Assembly: GCA_963703315.1 (NCBI GenBank)
Contig: OY969811.1
Span: 704,001-768,000 of the forward strand
Length of the DNA: 64,000 bases
Direction of reading: 5' to 3'
Origin: an uncultured cyanobacterium
GTDB lineage: Bacteria > Cyanobacteriota > Cyanobacteriia > Pseudanabaenales > Pseudanabaenaceae
Under the pieces are notes generated by a model. It worked only from the letters and a program-made list of their open reading frames with translations. It ran no database searches and was not told the origin of the DNA. Positions 1 to 8,930 of the stretch are shown here, in pieces. The translations under genes and the position numbers were made by a program. How positions within the stretch are numbered: position 1 is the first letter of the stretch; every line of letters starts with the position of its first letter.

Positions 1-822
1 GGCTATAGAGGGGATACGGTGGATAATGGATTAGAAGCTGTCAATGCGCTAGAAAGACAAAACTATGATTTAGTCTTTATGGATATCCAAATGCCGATTA
101 TGGATGGCTTGACGGCTTGCCAGCATATTCGCCAATTATCAGAACGCAGTCCTTGGATTATCGGACTTTCGGCAAATGCATTTAGAGAATCTCGTGAAAA
201 GGCTCTATCGATGGGAATGAATGATTATCTTACGAAGCCTTTGCAAATTGAAGATTTAGTAAAAACTCTACAACGTATTTCTGAGTATTTAAAATCTAGT
301 GACCAGCCTTTAGGATTAGCAAAAAGTGATTTATTATCTCAAAGCCTAGATTCGTTAACTGAAAACCCTATTGAGTTAGCGAAAGTTCCATTTAATAATC
401 TTGATAATCTTGAGCCATCTATCACTGGCTCTAATACTTACTCAGAATTAGAGTTTTCTATTGCCGAACTTAATGTAATTAATCCTGCCACAATCCAAGG
501 CTTAGAAAGCTTTATCAGTAAGCATGAACTAAGTGAAGTTATTGAGTCCTATTTAGCTGAATCAGAACTAGCGATCGCAAAAATGAAGTATTCATTAAAG
601 CAATTGAATTTTGCGGGAATCAGCTTTGAGAATCATTCACTCAGAGGAGGATGTGGCACTTTAGGGGCGGATCGACTTGTGGCGATTTGCAAAGAATTAA
701 GCCATGCTTGTAAGATCCAAGATCAGGATAGCAAGGTCAAAGGTATAGAGCAGGTTATTCAGAAACTAGAGTTTGAATTTGCTAAAGTATCTCAAGTGTT
801 GAAACAAAAAATGTCTGCTTAA
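1..822 (+). CDS. C-terminal part of a hybrid sensor kinase (receiver + Hpt); 5' end lies outside the window
   Basis: Frame open from base 1; receiver motifs DLVFMDIQMP and DYLTKP; Hpt motif HSLRGGCGTLGA. Confidence 0.9.
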   Translation, partial: GYRGDTVDNGLEAVNALERQNYDLVFMDIQMPIMDGLTACQHIRQLSERSPWIIGLSANAFRESREKALSMGMNDYLTKPLQIEDLVKTLQRISEYLKSSDQPLGLAKSDLLSQSLDSLTENPIELAKVPFNNLDNLEPSITGSNTYSELEFSIAELNVINPATIQGLESFISKHELSEVIESYLAESELAIAKMKYSLKQLNFAGISFENHSLRGGCGTLGADRLVAICKELSHACKIQDQDSKVKGIEQVIQKLEFEFAKVSQVLKQKMSA

Positions 823-916
823 GGATCTGGGCATAATTAAAACCCCAAAACCTGTGGCGCACGCTGCGCGTGCGCCACAGGTTTTGGGGTTTTATATTTA
901 ATTGCGTCCATATTCT
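822..916. mobile_element. MITE family A, degenerate copy
   Basis: Central hairpin AAAACCTGTGGCGCACG..CGTGCGCCACAGGTTTT as at 15675 and 22043; TA on both sides; variant termini. Confidence 0.7.
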
Positions 917-1057
917 TAAGTGAGTTGCGGCGATTCGCGCCGCCAATCATCTTCTGGGTTTTATCCTAAGCAAAACTTTTGCTATAGTGAGAACGCAAAG
1001 CGCTATAGTTATGTTCAAAATTGGAAGATTTGCAAGAATTATTGAGAGCCTTAGCTT

Positions 1058-2023
1058 ATGTCAGCCGCAACCAAAAAGTATCGATTAATTACCCGTAGCG
1101 ATTTTGACGGTGTAGTTAGCGCTGTATTACTCAAGGAACTGGATATGATCGATGAGATCCTATTCGTCCATCCCAAAGACGTGCAAGACGGTAAGGTAGA
1201 GGTCTGCGATCGCGATATTTTGACGAATCTCCCCTATATTGAAGGTGCATATTTAATCTTCGATCACCATGCTAGTGAAACGATGCGGGTTTATGACACT
1301 CCTGAAAATCATATTATTGAAGGTGATGCGCCCTCAGCCGCGAGAGTTGTTTATAACTACTACGGTGGAAAATTAAAGTTTCCGCAAATTTCCCAAGAGA
1401 TGATGCAAGCGGTGGACAAGTGTGACTCAGCACAATTTGACATCAATGATGTTCTGCATCCCCAAGGTTGGGTCTTATTGAGTTTTTTGATGGATTCGCG
1501 GACAGGCTTAGGAAGATTTCGCGAGTTTACGATCTCTAATTATGCCTTAATGATGGAATTAGTGGAAGCCTGCCGTATTCAGACGATTGAAGAAATTATG
1601 GAACTTCCCAACATCAAGGAACGTGTAGAACTTTATTTTACTCAGCAAGAAATCTTTAAGAGGCAGATTCAAAGTTGCGCTGAAGTTTACGATAAGCTCA
1701 TCGTAGTTAATTTACAGAACGAAGAAACGATCTACGCGGGCAATCGCTTTATGGTGTATGCACTCTATCCTGAGTGTAATATTTCCATGCACTTGATGTG
1801 GGGAAGACAAAAGCAAAATACTGTATTTGCAGTTGGGAAGTCGGTGATCAATCGTACCTGTCCTCTCAATATCGGAGAGTTGATGTTGAGATATGAAGGA
1901 GGTGGTCATGCCAATGCGGGTACTTGTCAGATTGCTAATGAGCAAGCGGACAAGGTTAAACAGGAATTGATTGATGTGATCATACGGAATAATCAAGGGG
2001 TGCAACCAGCGACGCTAGCTTAG
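1058..2023 (+). CDS. DHH-family phosphoesterase (exopolyphosphatase-like)
   Basis: RSDFDG, FDHH and C-terminal GGGHANAG motifs. Confidence 0.85.
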   Translation: MSAATKKYRLITRSDFDGVVSAVLLKELDMIDEILFVHPKDVQDGKVEVCDRDILTNLPYIEGAYLIFDHHASETMRVYDTPENHIIEGDAPSAARVVYNYYGGKLKFPQISQEMMQAVDKCDSAQFDINDVLHPQGWVLLSFLMDSRTGLGRFREFTISNYALMMELVEACRIQTIEEIMELPNIKERVELYFTQQEIFKRQIQSCAEVYDKLIVVNLQNEETIYAGNRFMVYALYPECNISMHLMWGRQKQNTVFAVGKSVINRTCPLNIGELMLRYEGGGHANAGTCQIANEQADKVKQELIDVIIRNNQGVQPATLA

Positions 2024-2591
2024 GACGCAAGCTTGACAAGGCGATCGCTCGATGACTGATTTTGGCTTTGACTTCAGGAGCAATCTCACCAAAGGTTTGC
2101 TGAAGCTCTGGCACGAAAAAAATCGGGTCATAGCCAAATCCACCGTTACCAACTGGTGCATCAGCGATCGCCCCTTTGCATATCCCAATTGCCTCGGCAG
2201 CGATCGCGCCATCGGGTGAGGCGATCGCGATCGCACAGACAAATTGTGCTGCTCGATTAGAAGCACTACGAAGTTCTTGTAAAACTCGATCAATACGTGA
2301 GCGATCAGTGTCTGCATATCTAGCGGAGAGTACTCCAGGAGCGCCGTTGAGAGCAACTACTTCTAGTCCTGAGTCATCAGCGATCGCCCATTCGTTAGTG
2401 GCGATCGCCACCTGAGAAGCTTTAAGCCGTGCATTCTCAATAAAAGTTATCCCTGTTTCTTCAACATCAATGCTGTCAGGTTTTGCAATCAGAGTTACGC
2501 CTAGATTTGCCAAATAAGCGCGAAATTCTTCTACCTTACCAGCATTGCCACTGGCAATCACTAATTTTTGAAGTGGAGTGGATACAGACAT
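1980..2591 (-). CDS. rdgB: Non-canonical purine NTP pyrophosphatase RdgB/HAM1
   Basis: ASGNAGK, ADDSGL, GFGYDPIF, KISHR motifs. Confidence 0.95.
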   Translation of the reverse strand: MSVSTPLQKLVIASGNAGKVEEFRAYLANLGVTLIAKPDSIDVEETGITFIENARLKASQVAIATNEWAIADDSGLEVVALNGAPGVLSARYADTDRSRIDRVLQELRSASNRAAQFVCAIAIASPDGAIAAEAIGICKGAIADAPVGNGGFGYDPIFFVPELQQTFGEIAPEVKAKISHRAIALSSLRPKLASLVAPLDYSV

Positions 2592-2681
2592 TTGTTAAAC
2601 CATTTGTGAATTGTCGTGCCACAAAAATAAGCTTTTTGCAGCATTTTTGCATAAGGCTTAAATTTTACAGCAAAAAAACAA

Positions 2682-2775
2682 TAGGACTTACGCAAAATGA
2701 TTTTATCGTAGGGTCAATTCATGAATTGACCCTACGATAAAATCAGGGTTTTGAGGTATTTTTGCGTAAGTCCTA
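2682..2775. mobile_element. MITE family B, 94 bp, with internal GTAG-type REP palindrome
   Basis: TIR TAGGACTTACGCA/TGCGTAAGTCCTA; 5-bp direct repeat AACAA on both sides; internal CGTAGGGTCAATTCATGAATTGACCCTACG. Confidence 0.85.
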
Positions 2776-2821
2776 AACAAAAGAGATATGCAGTGCAAAG
2801 CATCGCATATCTCTTTTGTTG

Positions 2822-4786
2822 TTATGGTTTCAAGCCCAAAAAGAAATCTGACTGGAAGCGATCGCTAGTTTCCGAATAAACAAAAACAGCCCCCCCCAGT
2901 TTATCTATTACTTTTTTGATTGGAGCAGGAAGTTCTGAATTTGCTGGTTTATCAGTATCGTCGGGGTTAGGCATTATCTCTGCCAAGAAGAATCCTGCAC
3001 CTAGTTTGGCGATCGCATTAACATTGAGATAAAAGTAACCGAAGTTGGGTTGAGGCATATCGGCGATCGCGTCTCGAAACTCTGGAGATTCCGCAAGAGT
3101 TGTTTTAGGGACTGGGATAAATGCCGATGCTGTATTTGCCCCTAAGGTAAAGATTAAAGTTTGGCGATCGCGCCAACCGTAGGCGAATATACTTTGAGTT
3201 CTGCCCTGCTCTCGACCATCGGGAAACTCAAAACTAGTTAGTAAAGTTGTCCCCACTTGGCGCTTTTTCACTTGCAGAAATTCTTTGTCAAAACTGACCA
3301 AATATTTAGTCAGTTTATCCAGAGTTGCATTAGCAGCTTCGGGCTTTGATGTACGAATTAAGGCTCCTAAGGTAAGGTCAATGCCCATTTCTTTAAAAGG
3401 AGAGCGATCGCTAGGGAATACCACCAAGGCATATTCGCCATCAATCCAAGAAATAACATCTTTCTCAATATCAAGGTTGAGTCCCGATCCAGCAATTAAA
3501 GGAGTGAGCATTCGCAAGCTTTCCACAAAGATTTTATAGGATGGTTGCAGCTTTGCCTCTTCTACAAACCACTGCCATTGACGATTGAGGTTGCGGCTGG
3601 TAATAGCTCCATAAATATTTGATGGCAGATAGGAAAGAAGCCGATCGCGAGTTGCGTTATCCTTGGGCAAGGGCGATCGCACTTCTGAGAAATAGCTATT
3701 ACTTTGACTGCGTATACCTTTAGGAGTTACCCATGTAAACAAATCTAAACTGCTGTACTGCCCTAAAGTATATTTCAAGCCTTGAAGATATTCGGCACGA
3801 CTGAATCCTGGAATATCCGATGTTTCAGGCAAGTCAGCAGCAAGGAGTTCTGATATCTTTGTCAGTTCTTTAAAATCACCATAGCCAGCAATCAACGAAC
3901 GGTTCCATAATGGATGATTGAGCGATCGCAAAAAGAGTTGATTATCAGCTAAAGAATCAGATGCATGAGTATCAATCATCCTCTCAATAGTTTGGCGATC
4001 AGAGGCAATAACCGCGACTCCACTGGGTAACTGGGCGATCGCAAAGCGCTTAAAGTTAAAGTCTAGAAGTTGTGGAGGAGCATTTTCATTTGATTCGGAT
4101 TCATTCTCAAGATTAGGATTCTGATCATCTGGGGATTGTTTGGTACGCAGAAGCGAAGTTAACGAGTTTTGAGCGTTCAATCTTCGAGAAGTGACGGATT
4201 GATCATCTTCAGAGTTCTCTTCTAATTGCCATTCCCGAATCTTGATGTTTTTGTACAGGGTTTCCTTGGGTTTTGGCAGCCCTCCTCCTTGCAACTTTTG
4301 AATGAAATCCTCAAATTTCTGGCTATCTTGAACTACAGACAAAGCCGCAACTGAAAACTCTAATTTATCAGGATCATTCATCAAAAAGGCGATCGCTAGT
4401 TCTTTCCCCAACCAAGGCTGCACATCTTTAATGATAGAGAAGTCTTCAGATAGCCCTAGAAAATTTAGAAGTTTGTTGATCGCTAAAATTGGACTTTGAG
4501 CAGGTAGCTGAAACTGCTCTAATGCTTGCCAAGAGCGCTGATCAACATCAACAAATACCAAACCCAACGCATTTGTCGGAATCTGTTTGGCAATATTCAA
4601 AGAACGTTGAGCAAATTGATGATCTATCGCTTCCTTGAGGTTAGCTGCTTGTGGAGCAGCAGTATTTACACTCAAATATCTAGTAACGCTTTGGCTAAGT
4701 AACGGATTACTTTGAGAATTAGCGATCGCAGGTAAGGCTGATGTACCAGCACCAATTGCCAAAATCGCCGCAAATAAACTCTTCAC
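2822..4786 (-). CDS. DUF3352-family exported protein
   Basis: Signal peptide; DVQPWLGKELAIA, DVISWIDGEYA and NFGYFYLN segments typical of the family. Confidence 0.75.
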   Translation of the reverse strand: MKSLFAAILAIGAGTSALPAIANSQSNPLLSQSVTRYLSVNTAAPQAANLKEAIDHQFAQRSLNIAKQIPTNALGLVFVDVDQRSWQALEQFQLPAQSPILAINKLLNFLGLSEDFSIIKDVQPWLGKELAIAFLMNDPDKLEFSVAALSVVQDSQKFEDFIQKLQGGGLPKPKETLYKNIKIREWQLEENSEDDQSVTSRRLNAQNSLTSLLRTKQSPDDQNPNLENESESNENAPPQLLDFNFKRFAIAQLPSGVAVIASDRQTIERMIDTHASDSLADNQLFLRSLNHPLWNRSLIAGYGDFKELTKISELLAADLPETSDIPGFSRAEYLQGLKYTLGQYSSLDLFTWVTPKGIRSQSNSYFSEVRSPLPKDNATRDRLLSYLPSNIYGAITSRNLNRQWQWFVEEAKLQPSYKIFVESLRMLTPLIAGSGLNLDIEKDVISWIDGEYALVVFPSDRSPFKEMGIDLTLGALIRTSKPEAANATLDKLTKYLVSFDKEFLQVKKRQVGTTLLTSFEFPDGREQGRTQSIFAYGWRDRQTLIFTLGANTASAFIPVPKTTLAESPEFRDAIADMPQPNFGYFYLNVNAIAKLGAGFFLAEIMPNPDDTDKPANSELPAPIKKVIDKLGGAVFVYSETSDRFQSDFFLGLKP

Positions 4787-4882
4787 TCACAACCTCTTAT
4801 AAAAAAATTACACTTATAAAACAACAAATAAAACAACAAATTTCCGAGTTTTTAAATGACAAACAAGACTAATCCATCACAG

Positions 4883-4919
4883 ATAGAAATAGGCGGCGCT
4901 TTGCGCCGCCTATTTCTAT
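4883..4919. repeat. REP-like palindrome (GCGGCGC-TTT-GCGCCGC core), probable terminator
   Basis: Perfect inverted arms just downstream of the stop at 4922. Confidence 0.8.
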
Positions 4920-4921
4920 TA

Positions 4922-6070
4922 TCAATTGATATTACAGCTAGAAATTTTGGCTAAAAGTGCAGCATACTGAGCCTGAAGTTCTTGTGCCTTACTATCTTTT
5001 GATTGATGCCATGCGGTTAACCAAAGTGGTGTCGGGAAATGTCCATTAGGCGCAGTTTGCGAGTAAGTAGCATTAGATGAAATCCAATTTGCATTTTGTC
5101 GCCAGCCCACAACTTCGCTAAAGGTTTGCCAACTTTTCAAAGCCTTGTCTTCTTCAATGACCGCACCAAATATCTTACTGACTTCATCGGCGGAAGTATT
5201 ACCAGAATCACTAGTTTGACTTGAAGGCTGAAATGGAGTCTTAGTAACTTCGGTAGGACTGTCAGGGACTAATTTCAACAATTGCGACGAAGCCCTAACT
5301 TCATGAGCTTTCTGAGCTAAAATCTGCTCTTGAGCTTGTTTAATTTCTTTAATGAGAATTGGCGCAAGTACTCGAAATTGATTGTTAGGGTTAGCCACAG
5401 CCGCTTTAACTGACTGAATCATCACGTTCCATTCATTCAAGCCAAAGCGATCGCCTATTTCCTGTAGCTGCGTGCAGATTGTGGCGAGATTTTGACGACT
5501 GCGAGGACTATCTGGCTGCTTAAATAGCTCCAGCATATTCCGTAATTTAACAGGGATTTCCGATTGAAATACACCCAACATCTCTCTTGTATCAACCTTG
5601 GTACTAGTTTGGGTTCCGCTCTTAGCTTGCGCTCCAGAGCCTTTGCCTGAGATCAAGATTTGCAGATGATTTTTAAGTTTTTCAAAAATTTGATCAGAAC
5701 CTGCCATCACTGTGTCAACGGCATCTTTAGTTAAGCCATAGGGACTTTGTAGATGTTCTACTAATTCTTGCAATTTATCAAAGGCTTGGAGAAAAAGAGT
5801 TTGCAGATCTTGATCAACCTTAAAATTAGTATTCTCACGAATGACTTTAAAATAATCCTCAAAGTTGTGAGCAACGTGCTGAATGCTACTAAATCCCAGC
5901 ATTGCTGCTCCCCCTTTAATCGAATGAGCAGCTCGAAATATTTCATTAACCGCTTCCGCATCCCCCATGAGCGATTGTAAGTTGAGTAGTCCTGACTCAA
6001 TTGTTTGCAGATGCTCCTTAGCTTCTTCAATAAAGTAACCTGTAATCTGCTTTTGCTTATCTTGATCCAT
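4922..6070 (-). CDS. CheA-type Hpt domain protein with a C-terminal GUN4-like half domain
   Basis: FIEEAKEHL..IFRAAHSIKGGAAMLG; tail WQTFSEVVGWR..APNGHFP. Confidence 0.8.
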   Translation of the reverse strand: MDQDKQKQITGYFIEEAKEHLQTIESGLLNLQSLMGDAEAVNEIFRAAHSIKGGAAMLGFSSIQHVAHNFEDYFKVIRENTNFKVDQDLQTLFLQAFDKLQELVEHLQSPYGLTKDAVDTVMAGSDQIFEKLKNHLQILISGKGSGAQAKSGTQTSTKVDTREMLGVFQSEIPVKLRNMLELFKQPDSPRSRQNLATICTQLQEIGDRFGLNEWNVMIQSVKAAVANPNNQFRVLAPILIKEIKQAQEQILAQKAHEVRASSQLLKLVPDSPTEVTKTPFQPSSQTSDSGNTSADEVSKIFGAVIEEDKALKSWQTFSEVVGWRQNANWISSNATYSQTAPNGHFPTPLWLTAWHQSKDSKAQELQAQYAALLAKISSCNIN

Positions 6071-6160
6071 GATATGAGCCTCTGCAATCCTAATGTAATT
6101 CTAATCTATAGCTATAGCCCCAAGAAATAGTTGCAACGCAAAGCGCTGCAACTATCTTTC

Positions 6161-6754
6161 TTACCCCAAAATTGATGACATATAGATTTGATTTTGGGCG
6201 CTAAATCCATAACGACCTTGACTATGCTGTCGCCAAAGTTTATCGATGAGTTGTAAGTCATCACAAGAAATTTGCTTAACTTCCTCAGCAGACAATACCG
6301 AACCAATATTTTTACGAGCCGCTTGACACATCACATTCCATGTTTCTTGATTTGCTTCTTGCCATTTACCACTGGCTAGTAAATCTTGTAATTTTGTATA
6401 ATCAACTCCTGTAGACGATTTGAGTGTTTGCCTTTGCGGTGATGGCGCGGAACTAGCGATCGCCGCCAAATTACTGCTAGGACGGCGAAACCGTAAGGTC
6501 ATTGTGCCATTTCCCTGCCCATCACTTAACAAAATTGCTTCACCAGTAGCTGTGAATTTGACGGCAATTTCCACTTCATCTAGAGCTAGCCCATTGGCGT
6601 GACTTGGAGAACTATCAGTTGCGAGTTGCTGAACTAAGCTAGCAAGTTTTTGAATGCTGTCTTTGATCTTAGTGGTGCTAACCGATTTGATCGACTCACC
6701 AGTGGCGCGATCGCTATTTGCTGCAAACTCAATTAGTATTTCTTCGCTATCCAT
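6161..6754 (-). CDS. Pepco-like N-terminal domain plus N-terminal half of a GUN4 domain
   Basis: LDEVEIAVKF..MTLRFRR; GVDYTKLQDLLASGKWQEANQET..IDKLW..GRYGFSAQ, then stop. Confidence 0.75.
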   Translation of the reverse strand: MDSEEILIEFAANSDRATGESIKSVSTTKIKDSIQKLASLVQQLATDSSPSHANGLALDEVEIAVKFTATGEAILLSDGQGNGTMTLRFRRPSSNLAAIASSAPSPQRQTLKSSTGVDYTKLQDLLASGKWQEANQETWNVMCQAARKNIGSVLSAEEVKQISCDDLQLIDKLWRQHSQGRYGFSAQNQIYMSSILG

Positions 6755-6831
6755 GACATCCTTAATTTGGTGCTATTGGGGGCTGTTTAGGGCTATTGGC
6801 TAGATCTTAAGATGACCTCTCTGCCTAAATT

Positions 6832-8844
6832 TTAGGAGGAAATCGCCTCAGAACTATGCATATCCGACTCTTTATTCAAGTTATTGTTTAAGTTACTGTT
6901 TAAATTGCTATCTGAATTGTTACCAAAAGCATTGTTTAAATTATTGTCTTTATCATTGCTCTTGTCATTAGTATTATTGCTCTTGTCATTAGTATGACCG
7001 TTAGTGTTATTACTAAGACCATTGGTTACAGCAGCAGTAACATTAGGAATTGGTACATTCGGCTTAATCGCTGTAATTCTAGCAGCGATCGCTCGTTTTG
7101 TTAGTGCCGTATTATAAGCAGTCGTAATTGCCAAACGATCAACCATGCCAATCACCCGTTTTGGCTGATTACGATCCACTACAGGCATTTGCCGCAAATC
7201 TCTAGTTGCCATCCGTTTCAAAGCCTCTGCCAGAGATTCATCGGCAAAAGTACAGATTACTTCATTAGTACAAATATTCTGCACGGTCATGTCTTCAATG
7301 GGGCGATCGCCGTTAGGTGAAGATAGAATGCGTTTGATGTCTTGAGTCGTCAAGATACCTTGTAAATGGTTGATGTCATCAAATACTAGGGCGCTGTGAT
7401 GATAGCCGCTAGTGATAAATTGGGCAGCTTGTAGCAGAGGCATCGAATATTTGATTGAAGCAGGATTGAGGGTCATGACTTCGGCAATCTTAATTTTTTC
7501 GAGAACTTCGATATCGGCAGGTAAGTTTGACCATTGCATGATCATCCGATCTGCTCTGGAGGTATCGATTTGATCCAGCACCCACGCACAAAGTCCGACG
7601 GCTGCCATCAGTGGTAAAACAATACGGTAGTCACGGGTCATTTCAAAGAGCAATAACACCGATGTCAAGGGAGCGCGAACTGTTCCTGCTAGTACTGCCG
7701 CCATGCCGACTAGGGCATAAGCAGGGGATGCGGCGATCGGAATTGAAGCAGGTAATAAACTGGCGATCGCCTGACCATAAAAACTACCCAGCACTGCGCC
7801 TAAAAAAATCGAAGGGGCAAAAATCCCACCCACAAAGCCACTAGCTGAGCTAATTGCTGTTAGTAAAAGTTTGATTACTAACAAAATTGCTAACAAAGGA
7901 ATTGTAAAAGGCGTATCTTGCAAAATCGATTCCACAGTTTCATAGCCAATGCCGATCGCTTCAGGGAAAGTCAAAGCAATCAGTCCAACGCATAGCCCCC
8001 CCATCAATAATTTGATAGGCATCGTTAGGGTTTTCATGAATGGGGCGATCGCCCATTCCCCTGCAAAAAATTTCTTGGCTTGCTTAATGGCACGGGTAAA
8101 CATCAGCGCCACTACACTAGCTAGCACCCCCAAACCGAGATAGAGAGGTAACTCCCAATAACTGCGTACCTCATAAACTGGCAAACTAAAAGCTGGTCGC
8201 TCACCGAGGCTAATCTGGGAGACTAAAGCAGAAATTACCGAAGCCGTAACCACCACACTGACATCAGAGTTAGGACTAGATTTATCAGTTCGATAGGAAT
8301 CGCGTAACAATACCTCAAGGGCAAAAAATACCCCTGCGATCGGCGCATTAAATCCTGCGGCTAGTCCTGCCGCTCCCCCAGCACCTATCAACAGCCGAAT
8401 CCGTTCGCTAGAAAACTGCATCATTTGACCTAGTAGAGAGCCAATATTGCTACCTAGCTCAACGCTTGGTCCTTCAGGTCCCAGAGATGCTCCTGCCCCT
8501 AGAGAAAGAGCCGCCGCTACAGTTTTTAGAGGAACCTGCGAATAGGACTGCACCATATCGCGGTTAGAACCTAAAGCTTCTACTTGATCTAGCTTGAGGC
8601 GGACAATGCTGACAACTAGCGCTCCAATCATCGGAATCAAGATGATTGCCCAATGCCACTGAGCGCTGATCACTACCGCTAGTTCATGCCAATAAAATTC
8701 TTGAGCAAATAAAATCAACTTCCGAAACAGAGTCACACCCGTGCCACTGATCACACCTACAGCGATCGCCGAAACAAGCATGACCGTCTCCGCAGATGGC
8801 TGAAGACGGTTTAAGACAGTCACCAGTAAGCGGGAAAGCGACAT
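6832..8844 (-). CDS. ClC chloride channel/antiporter with CBS pair and Asn-rich tail
   Basis: GPEGP, GFNAPIAG, GGIFAP, FEMTRDY motifs; two CBS domains. Confidence 0.93.
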   Translation of the reverse strand: MSLSRLLVTVLNRLQPSAETVMLVSAIAVGVISGTGVTLFRKLILFAQEFYWHELAVVISAQWHWAIILIPMIGALVVSIVRLKLDQVEALGSNRDMVQSYSQVPLKTVAAALSLGAGASLGPEGPSVELGSNIGSLLGQMMQFSSERIRLLIGAGGAAGLAAGFNAPIAGVFFALEVLLRDSYRTDKSSPNSDVSVVVTASVISALVSQISLGERPAFSLPVYEVRSYWELPLYLGLGVLASVVALMFTRAIKQAKKFFAGEWAIAPFMKTLTMPIKLLMGGLCVGLIALTFPEAIGIGYETVESILQDTPFTIPLLAILLVIKLLLTAISSASGFVGGIFAPSIFLGAVLGSFYGQAIASLLPASIPIAASPAYALVGMAAVLAGTVRAPLTSVLLLFEMTRDYRIVLPLMAAVGLCAWVLDQIDTSRADRMIMQWSNLPADIEVLEKIKIAEVMTLNPASIKYSMPLLQAAQFITSGYHHSALVFDDINHLQGILTTQDIKRILSSPNGDRPIEDMTVQNICTNEVICTFADESLAEALKRMATRDLRQMPVVDRNQPKRVIGMVDRLAITTAYNTALTKRAIAARITAIKPNVPIPNVTAAVTNGLSNNTNGHTNDKSNNTNDKSNDKDNNLNNAFGNNSDSNLNSNLNNNLNKESDMHSSEAISS

Positions 8845-8881
8845 GGTGGAAACTCGTGGAGAGGAAATAGTAAGTGTTAAC

Positions 8882-8930
8882 TAGAATAACTTTTTGACGG
8901 GAGCATCGCTCCCGTCAAAAAGTTATTCTA
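8882..8930. terminator. Perfect hairpin overlapping the 3' end of the RNase R-like gene
   Basis: TAGAATAACTTTTTGACGGGAGC-atc-GCTCCCGTCAAAAAGTTATTCTA. Confidence 0.75.

Noticed and set aside
2483..2740. Short ORFs crossing repeats or intergenic DNA (also 11534-11797, 17634-17930, 25383-25589)
   Set aside because: They run through MITE/REP or AT-rich promoter sequence and have no protein features.
4817..4841. 11-12-bp tandem duplications (also near 17933 and 42983)
   Set aside because: Ordinary slippage products with no shared sequence.
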